From IMG/VR virus record IMGVR_UViG_3300020196_000003: 64,000 nucleotides of DNA; one strand, written 5' to 3'. Of this stretch, positions 60,770-64,000 are shown piece after piece. Positions within the stretch are counted from its first letter, which is position 1; each line of letters begins with the position of its first letter. The translations under genes were made by a program, and so were the position numbers. Under the pieces are notes generated by a model. The model was given only the letters and a program-made list of their open reading frames with translations. It made no database searches and had not been told where the DNA came from. Origin of the DNA: a virus.

Positions 60770-61810
60770 CTAAGGACAAATACCCCCCACACAATTGTTA
60801 ATTCCACCACTTACTGAGATGAAATCGTAATGTTGAGTAAATGCACCACAAAACGTTTGAGAACCGTTGAAAGGTAACGTTATAGCAACAGTATTTCCAC
60901 TACAATTTACGTAGATAGAATTAAGTACATTGTTTTGTGTTTTTGTGTATGTGAAGCATTTACAACCAAATGGAGATCCACATTGGTGAGAATTTATTAC
61001 TTGACTATAATTACCAAACATACCACTGTACTGACCGACGTATACGATGGTGTTTGGTAAAAACGGAACCCCATTTCTTTTCAATACTCTAAACCAAGCA
61101 CCATTCGTAGCAAATGAGTATGTGTCAAAATTGGGTGTTGCCCAAAGGGTTTGACTAATTGTTAATGCAGACATTACGGGTGTATATGCCGTTACATATT
61201 CATCACTTTCTGAGCAAGCAAGGTTTGAGTTGCCAGACCCAAAAGCTATAACCCACTCTGTGTATCCAGTTGGTTGTGGGCCATTAGTTGTTGTGGTTGT
61301 TGTCACAGGCATTAATGTAGTTGTTGTGGTAATTGGTGATACTGTGGTCGTAGTTGTTGTTACTGGAGGTATTGGTGGTTGTGGTGTTAATCCACCAAAA
61401 CAACACGGATAATCTACAACATAACAAGACTGAAATTCAAAATCGTTGATTACAAAACTTTCAGTAACATTAATATATATTTCTTGATTGATAGGTAGTG
61501 TTAAAATACCTGTTTCATTCCGAAACAAAAACTGACCTTTGTATCTTCCAACTTTTTTTGTGTCGAACGGTGTAAATTGATAATAAACATAATATTGATC
61601 TTCAGTTATTAAATCCACAGGTTCTTTTTTCATAAATCCTGCTGGCCTCGAGACTATTCTTGGAACATCAGTTGTGATATCAACCATAGAAAAAAATACG
61701 TCAGTGCCCTCCAAAAACCTCATCGATCTGTTGTAGTCATTTCTTCCATCCTTGATAACATTAATCTTCAACACAGGAAGTGTTGCGTTTTTTCTGATAA
61801 AAAATTCCAT
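60770..61810 (-). CDS. Paralogous virion protein: BppU-like N-domain, Thr-rich linker, Cys-rich C-domains
   Basis: LPVLK...YYQFTPFDTKKVGRYKGQF...LTLPI...INV, and three TTTTT tracts. Confidence 0.65.
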   Translation of the reverse strand: MEFFIRKNATLPVLKINVIKDGRNDYNRSMRFLEGTDVFFSMVDITTDVPRIVSRPAGFMKKEPVDLITEDQYYVYYQFTPFDTKKVGRYKGQFLFRNETGILTLPINQEIYINVTESFVINDFEFQSCYVVDYPCCFGGLTPQPPIPPVTTTTTTVSPITTTTTLMPVTTTTTTNGPQPTGYTEWVIAFGSGNSNLACSESDEYVTAYTPVMSALTISQTLWATPNFDTYSFATNGAWFRVLKRNGVPFLPNTIVYVGQYSGMFGNYSQVINSHQCGSPFGCKCFTYTKTQNNVLNSIYVNCSGNTVAITLPFNGSQTFCGAFTQHYDFISVSGGINNCVGGICP

Positions 61811-61837
61811 CAAATCTTTTAACTATAAATACTCCAA

Positions 61838-63505
61838 TTAAAATTCTTTTCTTAAATTAGATTCATAGAAATCAAACCTGTTGTGTTCGGTTGGAGTTAA
61901 AAGTAAGAGGCCTGGATATATTTTATTTTTAATTGTTTGTTTAAAACAATGAGACATTAAAGTTTGTTCATATGGAAAATCAAATTTGGTTTCAATATAA
62001 CATTTATAATTTCCCTCTTTGGACAAAATAATGGGCCAATTTGATAAATAAATTTCTCCAGTAGCATATGCTAACCCATCATAAGATTTTATATTTTTAT
62101 ATTCTAAATATGGTGAGTTTGCCGACTGACCGTGTTTAGGTAGTTGTTGATTGTTAGGCCAATGTTTTGATCTGAAATCTTGATCAACATTATACCATGA
62201 CCATTGTCTTTCATGACTTCCATAAAACTCTGTAAAGTTTAATTTTAAAAAATCAAAATTTTCTTTTTTTATAATTTGTAAAAGTTTTTTATACAGATGT
62301 CTAACATTTCTATTAAAACCATTTTTACAAACCGATTCACCACCAGTGTAAAAAAACATGTCATCTTCAAAAAACAAATAATATTCCATATCTGAGTTTT
62401 CGAAATGTTCGGCCACCCAAACTCTACCCCCCGTTATACCTATATTATCTGTTTTTATGTGTTCGAATCCATATCTATCACAAAGATCAATATACTTAGA
62501 GGTTGTTGAGTAATCTGTTGAGTTATTTAGAAGAAATTTATTAGTCTTTTCGATAAAATCTGAATCATATAATAACATTGAGTTTATTAACGCTTCGAAT
62601 TGTTTGGGGCTGTTGAAACTTATAATATATAAACCAACTTGACCATTAGTAATAGTCTTTATTATTCGTTCTTTCTTAAGTGATTTAATTGTTATATTAT
62701 TGTTTTTTAAATCTTCAAAAAATTTATATAAAAGACCATTGGGTTCAATTTCAACATAATCAATTATTGTTGGGTTGTTGTATAATAATATTGAGAACAA
62801 ACTTTCTTCAGTCCCCATCAATCCTCTTTCAATCGTGGATTTCATAAGATTATAATAAAGAGTATTCATTTGTCTAATCAGACTGACGGGACCACCAAAA
62901 AAACCACCACGACAGACTTTATTGACTCTTGTACCTGTGATCTGATCCATTTTTTCAATATCAAACCCATGAATTTCTTTATCTGCCTGATAAGGAAAGC
63001 AAACAAACGTAAAGTTATCAAAAAGACTTTCTATTTTTGGTAATACCTTGTCATGCGTTAAATAACCCATTTGAACGGTATTTGCCAATCCAGCATCTAT
63101 CCAATACAATTTTTCTGAATTAAATTTATCAAGCAAAACGGCGTCATGTAAAATAAACATTTTAGACATTACAATAGGGTTATACATTTCAAGTTTCGCT
63201 TGAGTTGAATCCTTTAACCAACCTGCTAAATTATACCACGTAGGATTCGTTCTTATTTTTTGAATTGAATTAAAAAATTCATTATTTTTGAACCAATTTA
63301 GATCACGCAAAATAAATTGCGTGTTTGAATCATTTCTTTTTTCCATAACAAATTTCTGAAGTTCTACATCTCCAAAAATTATCATATTATTATCAACCTT
63401 TAGAAGTTGTTCGAATTTACTTAAATAGTGGTCAAAAGATCTTGACCAATTTTCAGATAAGTTTCCTCTACCTATATCCCATAAACCTGTTACTAATGTT
63501 ATCAT
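61838..63505 (-). CDS. Two-domain glycosyltransferase: HtrL/YibB (WlaTC)-like plus GT-A domain
   Basis: ITLVTGLWDIGR, YWIDAG, CRGGFFGG and GTEE; second domain with YLFFEDD. Confidence 0.75.
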   Translation of the reverse strand: MITLVTGLWDIGRGNLSENWSRSFDHYLSKFEQLLKVDNNMIIFGDVELQKFVMEKRNDSNTQFILRDLNWFKNNEFFNSIQKIRTNPTWYNLAGWLKDSTQAKLEMYNPIVMSKMFILHDAVLLDKFNSEKLYWIDAGLANTVQMGYLTHDKVLPKIESLFDNFTFVCFPYQADKEIHGFDIEKMDQITGTRVNKVCRGGFFGGPVSLIRQMNTLYYNLMKSTIERGLMGTEESLFSILLYNNPTIIDYVEIEPNGLLYKFFEDLKNNNITIKSLKKERIIKTITNGQVGLYIISFNSPKQFEALINSMLLYDSDFIEKTNKFLLNNSTDYSTTSKYIDLCDRYGFEHIKTDNIGITGGRVWVAEHFENSDMEYYLFFEDDMFFYTGGESVCKNGFNRNVRHLYKKLLQIIKKENFDFLKLNFTEFYGSHERQWSWYNVDQDFRSKHWPNNQQLPKHGQSANSPYLEYKNIKSYDGLAYATGEIYLSNWPIILSKEGNYKCYIETKFDFPYEQTLMSHCFKQTIKNKIYPGLLLLTPTEHNRFDFYESNLRKEF

Positions 63506-64000
63506 TATCTTTCTAAATAACCAGTTTTATACCAAGTTTTTGAGTTGTCGTCAACACCTTCGTTTCTAAACCAAAAACAACCACCTCTATCATTTGGTAA
63601 ATGACCTACAATAGGGAAGGATTCAACCCTAGCTCTAAAATCATTATCTTTATTATAATTCATCACAATTTTTTGTATGTTATGTTTTCCAAGATAAGCA
63701 GATAAAACTATATCATCACTCCAAGATTTACCAACAAATTCATCAAAAAAATCTTGTTTAAAAAAACCATTTTTATATGACACTGTTTTATATCCTTCTA
63801 AAATTTTAACTCTTGTATCTTTTTGAACTGTTGTACAAAAATGACAACTACCATCAAAAGAAGATATACCAGCAAACCCTAACGCAGAATCTGGATATTC
63901 TTTTCTTTTTTCAATATGGTATTCTATAAAACCATCGATATATTCTAGATCATCATCAACTGTTATTAAAATTGTATCATCATTCCTATCTAATCTCATT
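63505..64000 (-). CDS. GT-A glycosyltransferase (probably 5'-truncated by window edge)
   Basis: ILITVDDDLEY DxD motif, EGY and SDDIVLS. Confidence 0.7.
   Translation of the reverse strand, partial: MRLDRNDDTILITVDDDLEYIDGFIEYHIEKRKEYPDSALGFAGISSFDGSCHFCTTVQKDTRVKILEGYKTVSYKNGFFKQDFFDEFVGKSWSDDIVLSAYLGKHNIQKIVMNYNKDNDFRARVESFPIVGHLPNDRGGCFWFRNEGVDDNSKTWYKTGYLER

Noticed and set aside
60733-60810. N-terminal extension of the 306-aa ORF
   Set aside because: It overlaps the upstream gene. Paralogue alignment and the TATTTAT motif place the start at 60732.
1-64000. Stop-codon reassignment as in some jumbo phages
   Set aside because: Long intact ORFs under code 11, and TAA, TAG and TGA all end conserved genes. 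The stops at 1576-1827 include all three types, which fits decay rather than recoding.
1-64000. CRISPR arrays, tRNAs, rRNAs, IS elements
   Set aside because: Intergenic gaps are short. I saw no spaced direct repeats, cloverleaf motifs or transposase ORFs by eye; no scan was run.
1-64000. Eukaryotic giant virus (NCLDV) origin suggested by PolB, SNF2 and plant-like GT
   Set aside because: Sheath, tube, gp25/gp6 baseplate, neck, gp32-like SSB and RecA-like genes plus operonic coupling identify a tailed bacteriophage.

Overview
A 64-kb, very AT-rich, gene-dense segment of a large T4-related (contractile-tail) jumbo-type phage in standard genetic code; genes end in TAA, TAG and TGA, and most lie on the - strand. 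It holds neck, sheath, tube, tail chaperone, tape-measure and baseplate genes. It also holds a replication block (family B DNA polymerase, DnaB/gp41-like helicase, RecA/UvsX, gp32-like SSB, 5'-3' exonuclease, class II RNR), an intein-containing SNF2 helicase, and glycosyltransferases at both ends. I saw no capsid, terminase, tRNA or CRISPR. SprB-like repeats and A-rich leaders without Shine-Dalgarno motifs suggest a Bacteroidota host (inference). The best candidate for a new system is phage-encoded O-glycosylation of the virion: a GT with the motif order of plant/algal peptidyl-Ser galactosyltransferase and Hyp arabinosyltransferase (GT96/GT95), two more GTs, and mucin-like Pro/Thr tracts in the sheath and other structural proteins. 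Other highlights are a probable +1 frameshift (UUU_CGG) in the tail chaperone, a peptidase-SOD-nuclease polyprotein, an OmpA-like domain splitting a tail-tube-initiator fold, an Ala-starting class-3-like intein, a TATTTAT promoter motif at about 20 gene starts, an unannotated RHH regulator with an operator, and a relic gene with five in-frame stops. All family assignments come from recognising motifs by eye; no searches were run.
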